Translations under genes and position numbers: made by a program
NCBI GenBank assembly: GCA_965247295.1
Contig: CBDFGQ010000008.1
Location: forward strand, 578,227-642,226
DNA from: Dehalococcoidia bacterium
GTDB taxonomy: Bacteria; Chloroflexota; Dehalococcoidia; Lucifugimonadales; JAGWBF01
Direction: 5' to 3'
DNA length: 64,000 bases
The notes under the pieces: model-generated
Database searches by the model: none
What the model was told of the DNA's origin: nothing
The model's input: only the letters and a program-made list of their open reading frames with translations
In this document: piece by piece, positions 1 through 10,128 of the stretch
How positions within the stretch are numbered: position 1 is the first letter of the stretch
Layout of the letters: every line of letters begins with the position of its first letter

Positions 1-230
1 AGACCTAGTACCTCTACAAAGGTCAGGGGTTTTAAGGAGTAGAGGAGCTGGCAGCCAGCCCTATCTGCTATACCGCGCAAATATTCACAACGTTGAACGA
101 TTGCTTCCTCATCGTAGACGAACGCAGGGGTTTCCAGACCGATGCAAGACACCAGGATGTCCCCGACGGAATCTTCTTCGCCGACGGTAGATTTGCCCTG
201 GGAGTAGAGTTGGGACTCCGTGGTGTGCAT
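1..230 (-). CDS. PLP-dependent decarboxylase, NspC/LysA-like (5' part; runs off window)
   Basis: Manual translation (absent from ORF track): ...LETPAFVYDEEAIVQRCEYLRGIADRAGCQLLYSLKPL, the typical N-terminus with PLP lysine of Orn/DAP/carboxynorspermidine decarboxylases; start uncertain. Confidence 0.6.
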   Translation of the reverse strand, partial: MHTTESQLYSQGKSTVGEEDSVGDILVSCIGLETPAFVYDEEAIVQRCEYLRGIADRAGCQLLYSLKPLTFVEVLG

Positions 231-1145
231 TCTGAGGTTCAATGGTGAGTACACTTCACCCCCATTCGCCCACTTGATCCCGCAACCTGGGCGTCCGGCG
301 AGAGACGCTAACCGGATAACTTGGGGCCGGATTCCCGTGTTACGGTTTCCACCCGTCGCAACACGGTCTCCGGGCATGTAGAAGTAATCGAGGTACCGCA
401 ACCAGGGTCAAATTAGCTCACCAATTCTACCACGGGATAATTTCACCCACAATGACCTACGACCAGCAACAGGATGTGGGTTGAGATGGTCTATTCATGC
501 GCGGGATTGTTTTGCTTAGGACGGGGCTGCGACGGCCCGCCACCACTACGCTAGCCCAAAGGCATCCCGCAACGCTGCTAAGTGACGCAGGCTTCTCGCG
601 CCGGTGGATCACCAGGCTCCGCTCCACCAAACCGGCGGCGGTGCCCTCCTCCAGCTTTATACTGGCCCTCCAATCTGCCGACCCCTTTTTGACAGGTCCT
701 CCAACGCCTTCATGTGTTCCCATATTCCGCAGGAGAAACCCTTCTGCGGGACTGGGACAGGATGGGGGCCGTTTACGCCTACTCAGAGCCCCACTGACGG
801 CACATATCATCTCACACCGTCTGGACACACCTCGAGACGGCGAGTGGCATGGAGGCCACCGGCTAACGACCGACGGGATGGATGTAACGCGGCGGACCAG
901 GCAGCGGGCCAGACGCCGAGTGGCGGGCTGACCTCCGCCGCACCTGACAAAGCTTCCAGCTCTTTCGCTCGGGAGCGCCTTTGGCCCGCCAGAAATTTCC
1001 ATATCCTCTCGGCCCAGCCTGGGCGAAGCCCGCCCTGGTATAATCCAGGCACTGAATCCCTACCCTGTTTGGGCAAGGCCCTCCAGTATCAAAAGGTTAC
1101 CATGACCGAGGGGTCTGTAGTAGTAGTTCGGCACAGGGGCTTGCT

Positions 1146-1895
1146 ATGAAAGGGCCGTTTGCCCTCGTTCTGCTGGGTGTGGCGTTGTTGGCTGCGTGTA
1201 CAGGCGATCGGCCAACAGTGACACCTGGCTCCAAGCCTGACACTGAGGCTACTCTTGAAGCGCGGGTGCAGGCCACCATCGCGGCCATGCCGACTGCCAG
1301 TCCAACCCTTCCACTGACCCCTTTACCATCGCCGACAGTGACAGCCACTCCGCTTCCAACCGCTACTCTTACGCCCACGGCAACACCAACTCTGTTGCCC
1401 GCAGCCACTCCTACACCACTAGTTGAACCGACCCGGACGTCTACTCGCACGTCTACATCGGAACCCACATTTGCTCCCACGCCTATCCGCACTGTCCCTC
1501 AGTCTCAGAGTCAGCAGGTGGTGTTTGAGGGAGCCACCTTTGATGTGGAGGTGGCCTTTACGCTAGAGCAGCGTACCAGGGGCTTGAAGGGTAGGGAACA
1601 CCTGGGAGACAGAGAGGGGATGCTGTTTATCCACGAAGCGGAGGGAATCCCCCGCTTTTGGATGAGGGGAATGCTGATTCCTCTGGACATGGTGTGGATA
1701 GACGCTAACGGCGTTGTGGCCGGGGTCACCGCCAACGTATCTCCCGCTCTCGAAGGGAGGAGCCCTGAAATCTACTCCCCGCCTCGACCGATACTATATG
1801 TCCTGGAGATCAACGCGGGTCTGGCGGAGCCGGTGGGAATTCGTGCTGGGAGTCAGGCCAGGTTTGTACCGGAGTTCGATGATGAGGCGGGCTGA
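1146..1895 (+). CDS. DUF192-domain lipoprotein with Pro/Thr-rich linker
   Basis: Lipobox LAAC, PT-rich linker, then VEVA..RGL..R..GMLF..FWM..PLDMVWID..YVLEINAG. Confidence 0.85.
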   Translation: MKGPFALVLLGVALLAACTGDRPTVTPGSKPDTEATLEARVQATIAAMPTASPTLPLTPLPSPTVTATPLPTATLTPTATPTLLPAATPTPLVEPTRTSTRTSTSEPTFAPTPIRTVPQSQSQQVVFEGATFDVEVAFTLEQRTRGLKGREHLGDREGMLFIHEAEGIPRFWMRGMLIPLDMVWIDANGVVAGVTANVSPALEGRSPEIYSPPRPILYVLEINAGLAEPVGIRAGSQARFVPEFDDEAG

Positions 1896-1904
1896 TGGTC
1901 TGTT

Positions 1905-2195
1905 TGACTCAGGTGGGCGCCGCGCTGGCGGAATCTGGGCTCCAGGCGGCGAACCAAGTCGGGCCCGCAGGTGGACGGGTCCAAGTACACGTGTCCCTCC
2001 TTGATCCCAGCCAAAATGCTGTCGCGCCCTTCCACCTGCCTGGGTCCGGGAAGGGAGGTCAACGTTACCTCACACTGGACGGCCACCTCGCCACGTGAGG
2101 CACCGAGCCTGGCTCCTCTCTCTAGCAACTGCCGGGTAGCTTCTTCCCTGGCGTCCTGCACTACCATCGCATATCCGGCATTCTGGATATTCTGG
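1905..2195 (-). pseudogene. Fragment of NAD(P)-dependent beta-hydroxyacid (3-hydroxyisobutyrate-type) dehydrogenase
   Basis: NIQNAGYAMVVQDAREEA..LLERGA..TSLPGP..YLDPST; lacks the GxGxxG start and the C-terminal domain. Confidence 0.65.
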
Positions 2196-2199
2196 GGGC

Positions 2200-3409
2200 T
2201 TACAGGTGGTACACCCTGGCTGCATTTCCCCCAGCGATCTTGGCTTTCTCTTCCTCGCTACAGTCGGCCAGGATCTCCTCCAGAATCTCCCGGCTCCTTG
2301 GGAAGGTTGACTCTTGGTGAGGGTAGTCAGAGCCCCACTGAAGGGTGTCGACGCCAATGATGTCCCGTAGTTGGATACCCAGCGCGTCCTCCTGGAAGCC
2401 AAGGAACACGTTGCGGCGGAAAAAATCGCTTGGCCTCATGTTGTCCTTGAACCTGTAGCCCGTTACGCCTGCGGCCCTTTGATCATAGTTGTAGTCTATT
2501 CGGTCAAGGAAGTGAGCAGCCCACGATATTTCATGTTCCACTGCTCCGACCTGAAGCTTCGGATAGCGCTCGAACACACCCGCAAGTATCATGTCAGTGA
2601 GGGACATTCGCACGTAGTGGTCAAAGTTTATCGTGACGGCGAACCTGTTGGTACGCCTGAAGAAGGCTGGGCCGAGGTTTTCCGAAACGAGGCGCTGCGC
2701 CTACTGGTTCTATCTCCCTCCCCGGAGCCGAACCGGTTTGTTGCGGCGTGGAGGCCAAGGGGCATCTCAAGGTCCTGGGCTGCGGCCCACAGGGGTTCGT
2801 ACTCCGGCGAATCATATCGTCGATCTTCGGGGGGATACACGGTGATCATCGCGCCAACAAACCCAAGTTTTCGGCACCTCTCCAGCTCGTTTACGCCCAC
2901 CCGCACATCGTCCACATTGACCATGGCGATACCCGTGAGGCGTTTCGGGGATGTGTGGCAGAACTCCGCAAGCCAATCGTTATATGTCTGAAAGACGGCC
3001 GTTAAAAGCTCGCTATCCGGCACCTTGAACAACTGGAGCCCAAGGGTTGGATATAGAATGCTTGTATCCACGCCGTCAATGTCCATGTCTTTGACCTGCT
3101 CTTCAGGGATGTAGCCTCCTGGGCGGACGTTCTCAAATATGTCGCCGCTAGTCAGCTCGCTCGGTGCCTCGAACCTCCTACCCGTCTGAGCCCCACCGAA
3201 TCCGAATCCCGTGGTTAGCTTCAGGCCATCGCAATACCGAATCCCGTGGTTAGCTTCAGGCCATCGCAATACCACCAATCGCCTCCCTCTTCCCGCAAAG
3301 TCCGTGGAGCTCGCTCTCGGAACTTTGAACCTATTCTGGTCTGCCACAGGTCTGGCGGTTCCATCACATGGTTATCTGATGAAATGATTCTGTAATCGGC
3401 CATTGACAT
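2200..3409 (-). pseudogene. Amidohydrolase_2 family protein, two frameshifts
   Basis: Split over 3 ORFs: ISSDNHVMEP, DMDIDGVD..YPT..LGLH, WGSDYPHQE..GGNAARVY; breaks at ~3240 (35-bp duplication) and ~2705. Confidence 0.85.
3204..3273. repeat. 35-bp perfect tandem duplication
   Basis: GAATCCCGTGGTTAGCTTCAGGCCATCGCAATACC twice (3204-3238, 3239-3273). Confidence 0.95.
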
Positions 3410-3562
3410 ACTTCCTCTTGCTGATGAATAAGCCTATGAGAGCGAAATCACCGCAAGGTAAAACGACTATGCGATTTCCTGAACATTGAATGGAACGAAG
3501 TATCCAAACCAGGATATATTGTATAAAAGCCTAAACGATTCGGCCATCCTCATCGCGTTACC

Positions 3563-4900
3563 TTACGCCGAGGTCGCGGAGCGTGCCTCGGGAGGCAGAG
3601 CCTGCTCCCAGTTGGGCATTAGATGGCGGGATGTTGCTGGCAGGAGTAGGATCGACACCACGCCCAAGAGGCTCGTCATAAAAGAAAGGACTACGGCCCA
3701 GGAATACTCCCCCGTTATGTCCCAAATGAATCCCCCCACCCAGGCTCCCATCGCCATCCCGATGCCGGACCCCAGCATCTGCCAGCCATAGGCGGTGCCG
3801 ATGGGAGCCTTGCCGAAGTACTGGCGGTTGATGATCGGGAAGGCGCTCATCTCGCCCCCCAGGCCAATGCCAAAGATGACGGCAAACAGATAGAAGGTCC
3901 AGGCCTCGTGGGCGAAGAGAAGTATGGGCACCGGCGCGGTCTGTAGAATGAAACAGACCACCATCACCCCCTTGCTTCCCAGGCGGTCCGCCGTTACAGG
4001 CACGACGAACCGGGTGATGGCGCTTACGGCGTATAGAGCGACGACGAGTCCGGCCGCCAGTCCCTGAGACACCCCCCGCTCCATCGCCATGGCCACCAGG
4101 AATATCAGGATAATGTTGTGCCCCACGCACCCCCAGAAATGGATGCCGATCAGATTCCAGAAGGCACTTGTGTGCTGGGCCTGCTGAAGGAACACCTTGG
4201 TCCTGACTTTCGCGGTGCCGCCCCTCTGTAGCCTTTCAACCGGTTCTTCCTCCGCTGCGCCGATGGGCTTGAGGCCTATCTCCCCGGGTTCGTTGTAAAA
4301 ATGCCTGATCATCACGAGTAGCAGTAGACCTCCCACCATGCCCGGTCCCCAGAAGGCCCACTTCAGACCGTAGTGGTTGAGCAGAAGCAATACCATGGGA
4401 ATGGCGATCACGGTTCCCATTCCTTGAGAGGCCTGCAAAGCCCCCATACCTATCCCCAGGTGCTTCTTGAACCACATGGAAACTGCGGCCATTAACGGCA
4501 CTCCGAAGATGGCCATAGAGGCGCTGAGTATCACGCCGAAGTAGATGTAGAATTGCCACAGATGGCTCATGGTGCCGGTGAGCAGCATGCCAGCCATGAA
4601 CAAGCACGCACCCAGGACCATGGTGCGGCGGATTCCATACCGGTCGCCCAGCCAGCCAGCCAAGGGGGCGAAGATCCCCGAGAAAATCCATTGGAGAGAG
4701 AAGGCGAAACCGATGGCGCCGTAGCCCCAGCCAAAGCCTTTGGAAGAGTCCGCCAAGAAGGGTACCAGGACGCTGCTGGCCATTCGGATGGCCGAGCTGG
4801 TCAGCCGTAGCGCGACGGCCAACCCCACGATGACCCAAGCATAGTGAATGTTGTGAGTCCCAACGAATAGGTTCGAGGGACTCAGCTTAACCTTCAGCAT
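3563..4900 (-). CDS. MFS transporter
   Basis: 445 aa, ~12 TM, motif A GWLGDRYGIRR. Confidence 0.9.
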   Translation of the reverse strand: MLKVKLSPSNLFVGTHNIHYAWVIVGLAVALRLTSSAIRMASSVLVPFLADSSKGFGWGYGAIGFAFSLQWIFSGIFAPLAGWLGDRYGIRRTMVLGACLFMAGMLLTGTMSHLWQFYIYFGVILSASMAIFGVPLMAAVSMWFKKHLGIGMGALQASQGMGTVIAIPMVLLLLNHYGLKWAFWGPGMVGGLLLLVMIRHFYNEPGEIGLKPIGAAEEEPVERLQRGGTAKVRTKVFLQQAQHTSAFWNLIGIHFWGCVGHNIILIFLVAMAMERGVSQGLAAGLVVALYAVSAITRFVVPVTADRLGSKGVMVVCFILQTAPVPILLFAHEAWTFYLFAVIFGIGLGGEMSAFPIINRQYFGKAPIGTAYGWQMLGSGIGMAMGAWVGGFIWDITGEYSWAVVLSFMTSLLGVVSILLLPATSRHLMPNWEQALPPEARSATSA

Positions 4901-5912
4901 GGTCCCCTCAGAGAGCCACGGCCCATTCTACACGACCAGGAGGGGTCTTTCGAAATCCCGTTGTAAGGGGCATTATCGACTGGCTAATTTCGCCGAACAA
5001 ATCTCCTCCTCCGGCATGGGCTCATTACGCGACAGTTATTGCCTCAACAATTGAGTGGTTGTCATTGTTAGCGAAATGTCTTTCTGAGTTTTCATGCCCG
5101 GTGGGGCGCCACCGACAGATGAAAATTATTTTCAAAGCAGCAGAGAGCTGAGGCGCCTTTCTGGCACCTGGTAACAACCGGACTGACATGCCTACACCAA
5201 TGGTGGGATGGTCCCGATTAAGCCGTAATTCCCCATAAGAATTGAACTTCGCTCAAGCTCCAATGAAATACGAGCTCCGATTCATTGACCAGGCGAGTGG
5301 CCCCAGGCATATCATAGACAGAGGAGGCTCCAGGAGCAAGAGAGGCCCTTCACCACCGTATCGTCGTGGTCGCCCGCCAACATCCGGCAGCCTTCTACAG
5401 TCTGGATACGTCGCCCGACCCACCAGGCCTAGAAGAGACCGTAGGCTAACCAAGTGACCACCGCTTCTGGCTTCTTACCCTATCGGCAAGTTTGATGCCC
5501 AAGGGATTCCTGGTTTAGGCCCGGCCCACATGGTTTAAACACAGCTTGTGGGAAGTTGCGTCGGGCGTTATCCCTGAGCCCAACATCCAACCCGGTGCTC
5601 TCAGCCCACGGAGGAATACTCCGTTACTAACCAGACGTTCCCCGGGACCATCATATCCCTAGCTCCTGTGAAGGGTCGGTCGGTTGCTTGTTTGCCCTCC
5701 CTCGATCGGCTGCACAGGTAACGAGCGAGGCAGTCTACAGACGTGGGGTCGAGAGGCACTGAAACGGGCGTCCCCAACGGTACCTGAGTAACCCCAGCAC
5801 ATCGGAGGGCACAATGGCAATCATCACGATCGCAAGAGACTCTTTCAGCGGCGCCCAGGACCTGGCTGCTTACCTATCCCAGACCCTTGACTACAAGATG
5901 GTGTGTTGGGTG

Positions 5913-6932
5913 TCAGCGGTTTTGGACAGTTCTGGGTCCGAGAGATTGGGGTGAAGAAGCTCCTGGTTTGAGGGTTTCTCTGACCTCCTGATTGTACCGC
6001 CTCCGCCGGTCAAAAGTCTCTCGCTGTACCTCCTTCCTCTGGGCTAGAATTGCCTCCAGACGGCCTTCCAGCACGTCAGCCGGAGTTACAACCCTGAGCG
6101 CCTGATGATATCTTCGGTAGTTGTAGAACTCGACGAAGTCCCGGATGGCCGCCTCCAGGTCTTCCACCACCTCGTATGGCACCTGGTTAATGTCGTCTTT
6201 GAGGGTTCGGTGATATCTCTCCAGCTTCCCGTTGGTCTGAGGGTGATAGGGTGCTGCCAGGACGTGGCGAATGCCCACCACCCGCATGTACTCGCGGAAG
6301 GCCCGCGATACATAACCTGAGCCATTATCTGAGAGGAGCTTGGTCCGATCCTCCAGAGGTACATCAGTCATACCAGTAGAGTCAACAGCTTGCTGGACCA
6401 CCTCTATGAGGGAGTCGGCCGTCATGTCCCGTTGCACCTTCCAGGCCAAGATGAACCGGGAGTAGTCGTCCATCACCGTCACGAGGTAGTAGTAGCCCCA
6501 TCCCACTACACGGAAGTAGGAGGCATCGGTGGCCCACAGCTGGTGGGGCCCTGTGGTCTTGTGCTGGTACTCTTTGCCCGCTGCCAACTGGTATTCGATC
6601 CGTTTCACCAGACCCTCCCGTCTCAGGATACGATAGACTGTGGAGGCGGAGACCGATAGGCCTCTGTGGTCGGTGAGCCAAGCCGCCAACTGCCGGCTTC
6701 GCCAGGTCGGCATCTCACGGGCTGCCGCCAGCACTACTGCCTCCTCTTCTAGTCGCAGGCGATTCCAGGGCCTCTCAGTTCCTTCCGTACCCTCCCAACT
6801 ACCCTGCCGGTGCCTCCACCTCCACCAATAATACGTGCTCCTGGAAATGCCAAGCTCCCTGAGTCGCCTGTTCTTCCCTCTACCATGTCGCTCCACCTCA
6901 GCCACGACCTTCGATTGTTCCACTACGCTCAT
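5913..6932 (-). CDS. DDE transposase OrfB (type A)
   Basis: WATDASY..DDYSR..SDNG..PQTNGKLER rve motifs. Confidence 0.95.
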   Translation of the reverse strand: MSVVEQSKVVAEVERHGRGKNRRLRELGISRSTYYWWRWRHRQGSWEGTEGTERPWNRLRLEEEAVVLAAAREMPTWRSRQLAAWLTDHRGLSVSASTVYRILRREGLVKRIEYQLAAGKEYQHKTTGPHQLWATDASYFRVVGWGYYYLVTVMDDYSRFILAWKVQRDMTADSLIEVVQQAVDSTGMTDVPLEDRTKLLSDNGSGYVSRAFREYMRVVGIRHVLAAPYHPQTNGKLERYHRTLKDDINQVPYEVVEDLEAAIRDFVEFYNYRRYHQALRVVTPADVLEGRLEAILAQRKEVQRETFDRRRRYNQEVRETLKPGASSPQSLGPRTVQNR

Positions 6933-7330
6933 GCGCCGGTGCCGTTGTCGTGTAGGGGCGGCAGAGCTGTTTTTTTGAAGCGGTGCAACTCCAGGGACAA
7001 CTCACCCACCAGCTGCTTCAGTTCACTGTTCTCCCGCTTGAGCTGCTCTATCTCTTGCCGGGTCGCATCACGCACACTGTCCCGAGTCAACCTCTCCTTC
7101 CCAGCTTCCATAAACCCCTTCGTCCAGGCGTAGTAGGAGTGGGGTTTGATTCCTTCCCGTCGGCACAGGTCATTAACGGTAGTCTCCCGTCTGAACCCCT
7201 CCAAGACGATGCGAATCTTCTCTTCAGGGGTATACTTACGGCGGGTCGCTGCACGGACCTGACGCACGAAGCTTCGTGTCTCCTGGCTTCGCTCCTCAGC
7301 TTGACTGGCCTGATCCTCTACCTGGGTCAT
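6929..7330 (-). CDS. Transposase OrfA, HTH (type A)
   Basis: RRKYTPEEKIRIV..LCRREGI; A7 slippery run before OrfB in the -1 frame. Confidence 0.9.
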   Translation of the reverse strand: MTQVEDQASQAEERSQETRSFVRQVRAATRRKYTPEEKIRIVLEGFRRETTVNDLCRREGIKPHSYYAWTKGFMEAGKERLTRDSVRDATRQEIEQLKRENSELKQLVGELSLELHRFKKTALPPLHDNGTGA

Positions 7331-8084
7331 CGATGACTCCTTTCACTTAGGGTTAATCTACCCCTCTGAAGGAGCCTCTACCACCCCCAACCTCCTCGGT
7401 TTTCTAGGCCTCAATAGTGTCCAATTGCGCTGACACCCTACAAGCTCGATCGGGCGGATATCATCCCCACCCTTCCGGAATACGGAATCTCAGAGGACCG
7501 GCTTCATCGTGCACTTTACAAGCAGCTCGGCATCATGCCCAAGATGGACCTGGAGTGGACGCACTTTCTTGTCTGTGCTCGGGCAGTGTTGAGCAGAGAA
7601 ATAGACCAGGGCAACTTGGTCTACCTAGGGAACGATGGAGGAGCGTTGCTCCATGGGTTTCCGACGGTGCTCCGCCTCTACGTCATCGGAGAAATGGACC
7701 ATCGCATAGACGTTTTTATGAAGCGCTTCAACTATGGGGTGAGCCGGAAAGAGGCGGAAAGGTTCATCAAGCGAATGGACGCGAAGAGAGCCCAATGGGG
7801 TAAAACGCTGTACAACGACGGTCATTTCAATATCGAGGATTTCGACCTGGTAATCGACCTGAGACGCATGAGCATAGCTGATGCTTATAGTCTCATCTGG
7901 ACCACCGTAGAAAACTTGGACTACCTCCCTACGCCCACGTCACTCGAAACTATCGAGCATATGTCCGTAGCCGCGGAGCTTAGGGCCAGGATCGCGGTGG
8001 AAGCGGATATTGTTGACGACAAGATTGAAGTCACGGTCCACGATGGTGAATGAGGTCGGACGTAAATAGTGGACACCAAACCTT

Positions 8085-8948
8085 TCATGCTGCTGGTAGT
8101 CCGGCATAGAATCTCTGCTCATACGCCGCGGGTGACAGGAACCCCAGCCTGGCCTGGCGGCGCTGGCGGTTATAGAAGAGCTCGATATATTCCGTGATCT
8201 CTCGAGCTGCCTCCTGCCTGCTTCTGTAATGACGGTGGTGGACCAACTCCTGCTTGAGTGTGGCCCAGAAGCTCTCCATCGGAGCATTATCAAAGCAGTT
8301 CCCCTTCCCGCTCATGGAAGATCGCAGGCCAGACCGCTCGAGAAAACCTCTGTATTCCTGGGAGCAATACTGACTGCCTCGGTCAGAGTGATGCATCAGG
8401 CCCCTCGCTGGACGTTTGGCTCTCAGCGCCCGCAATAGAGACTGACTAACCAGGTTCTTGGTCATCCGCTCTCCCATGGCATAGCCCACAATCTCTCCGG
8501 TGAACAGGTCCTTGTGGCCCGCCAGATATAGCCAGCCCTCATCGGTCGGTATATAGGTGATGTCACTCACCCACACAGTGTTCGGCCTCCAGACCTTGAA
8601 CTGCTGGCCCAATATGTTATCCGCAACCGGTAGTCTGTGCCCGGAGTCGGTGGTGGCCTTGAATCTCCTCTTCTGCCTGCAGCGTATGCCAAGCTTCTTT
8701 CGGATACGCTTGATGCGACAGATGCCCACCCGAACGCCATGCTCCGCCAGGTCGCGCTGTAACCGTTCCGGGCCATAGGTCTGTCTCGTCCGCTTGTGGG
8801 CTGCCCTGATCTCCAGCTCCAGCCGCACTTCCTCCTGTGCTCGCCTGGACGATGGCCGGTCCACCCAGGCATAGTAGCCACTGGCCGATACGTTCAACAA
8901 CCGGCCCAAGACACATTTGGGGTAGTCGAGCCGCAGTTCTTTCATCAT
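8085..8948 (-). CDS. IS3 transposase OrfB (type B)
   Basis: WVSDITY, HHSDRGSQY, DNAPMESF. Confidence 0.95.
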   Translation of the reverse strand: MMKELRLDYPKCVLGRLLNVSASGYYAWVDRPSSRRAQEEVRLELEIRAAHKRTRQTYGPERLQRDLAEHGVRVGICRIKRIRKKLGIRCRQKRRFKATTDSGHRLPVADNILGQQFKVWRPNTVWVSDITYIPTDEGWLYLAGHKDLFTGEIVGYAMGERMTKNLVSQSLLRALRAKRPARGLMHHSDRGSQYCSQEYRGFLERSGLRSSMSGKGNCFDNAPMESFWATLKQELVHHRHYRSRQEAAREITEYIELFYNRQRRQARLGFLSPAAYEQRFYAGLPAA

Positions 8949-9259
8949 CGCGTACCGGGCAGCGACTCCCTGGCAAAGTACGCGGCTGCTTTTTTTAGTA
9001 TGTCCCGCTCCATCTTCACTTCCGCCAGTTCCTTCTTCGTCCGGGCAAGGTCCATCTCTACTTCTGTCATGGGCCTGTACGTCTTGCCCACATCTCCCAG
9101 TTTGCCAGCCCTATGTGCCTTCACCCAGTACCCTAATGTCGATGGCGGCAAGGACAGCCGGCGGCCTGCCTCTGGCAATGATAGCTTCTCTTCTGTTACC
9201 AGCCTCACTGCTTCCTGCCGGAATTCCCTGCTGTACCTTCCTTGTGGAACCCTTTTCAT
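8945..9259 (-). CDS. IS3 transposase OrfA (type B)
   Basis: YSREFRQEAVRL..ERDILKKAAAYF; A7G frameshift site. Confidence 0.95.
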   Translation of the reverse strand: MKRVPQGRYSREFRQEAVRLVTEEKLSLPEAGRRLSLPPSTLGYWVKAHRAGKLGDVGKTYRPMTEVEMDLARTKKELAEVKMERDILKKAAAYFARESLPGTR

Positions 9260-9537
9260 TCTGACACCTCCGTCGTATTATCCTACTCCGACTTTGGTGT
9301 CCATTTTTTCCATCCTACCTCAGAAATCAAGATTACGGGGTCCGTGCGATCACCCGACGAGATAGGTGCAATTAAAAAGCTGCTGGACACTCGGCCATAG
9401 TTCAGCGACGTTGAGCTTACCAAACTGATGGCTGGTTCAGGCCACCTGGCAGTTTGGCATCCCCACTGACGCAGGCAGGGATACTTCATTCCTAGATGAG
9501 GCTCAACGTGGGTTTTGATATGGGAGGCCGATAAAAG

Positions 9538-10110
9538 ATGGAACTTGTGAAAGAGTTGATGTTGCCCATCGACCGGTGCGTGGCTGTCAACCAGGAGTTG
9601 ACCGTCTGCGACTCGATCCGCTTAGCGCAAGAGGCGGAAGACCAACGACGGCGCAACGGCGAGGTGTTCAGCCCCAGGGCGTTGCTGGTGCTAGACGACG
9701 AAGATCGGGTTGTGGGCAAACTAAATCACCAGGATATAGTGACCAACATGGAGCCTAGATATCGAACTCAACGGAGTCCTGAGACAATCGCCAATATTTT
9801 TGCTGCTGGCCTCAGTCCCTCTCTGCTCAAATCCATGATGGAGCCGTACTCATATTGGACCGAGACCTTTGACCAAAAGTGCAAGCAGGTGTTGGAAGTG
9901 AAGATCAAAGATTGCATGCACAGCCCCAAACGCGATGAGTGCGTCCAGCAGAGTGCTCCGCTGGAGCTGGCCCTGCATCAGCTAGTCATCGGGCGTCACC
10001 AATCCCTCCTGGTAGTGGAAGGTGATTCTATCGTGGGCACGCTGACATTGGCCGATGTGTTCCAGAGACTACGTCGACTCTGCCAGGATTGGAACGGGAT
10101 GGACCCATAA
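9538..10110 (+). CDS. CBS-domain protein
   Basis: VKELM..LLVLD..VVGKL / IKDCM..LLVVEG..IVGTL CBS pair; RBS GGAGG. Confidence 0.8.
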   Translation: MELVKELMLPIDRCVAVNQELTVCDSIRLAQEAEDQRRRNGEVFSPRALLVLDDEDRVVGKLNHQDIVTNMEPRYRTQRSPETIANIFAAGLSPSLLKSMMEPYSYWTETFDQKCKQVLEVKIKDCMHSPKRDECVQQSAPLELALHQLVIGRHQSLLVVEGDSIVGTLTLADVFQRLRRLCQDWNGMDP

Positions 10111-10128
10111 GATCATGAAGGACAACAG

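Larger units (their letters stand above)
5904..7442 (-). mobile_element. IS3/IS481-related element type A, copy 1
   Basis: Terminal IRs TGTTGGGTGTCAGC / GCTGACACCCTACA; orfA+orfB; near-identical copies at 17590 and 31209. Confidence 0.95.
8051..9322 (-). mobile_element. IS3-family element type B, copy 1
   Basis: Ends TGAGGTCGG..GGACACC / GGTGTCC..TACCTCA; 3-bp target duplication GAA. Confidence 0.95.
5814..9400 (+). pseudogene. Cytidylate-kinase-like family protein with C-terminal BON-like segment, interrupted by two IS elements
   Basis: Pieces 5814-5903 (MAIITIARDSFSGAQDLA, RBS GGAGG), 7443-8050 (..FDLVIDL..IEVTVHDGE), 9326-9400 (IKITGSVRSPDE..). Confidence 0.8.

Noticed and set aside
457-1149. 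Overlapping 89-181 aa ORFs
   Set aside because: No recognisable motifs or RBS; typical GC-rich spurious ORFs
1097-1492. VGVxV-repeat ORF
   Set aside because: Antisense shadow of the Pro/Thr linker of the DUF192 gene
3204-3273. CRISPR-sized 35-bp repeats
   Set aside because: Only two adjacent units, no spacer, inside a coding gene, no cas genes
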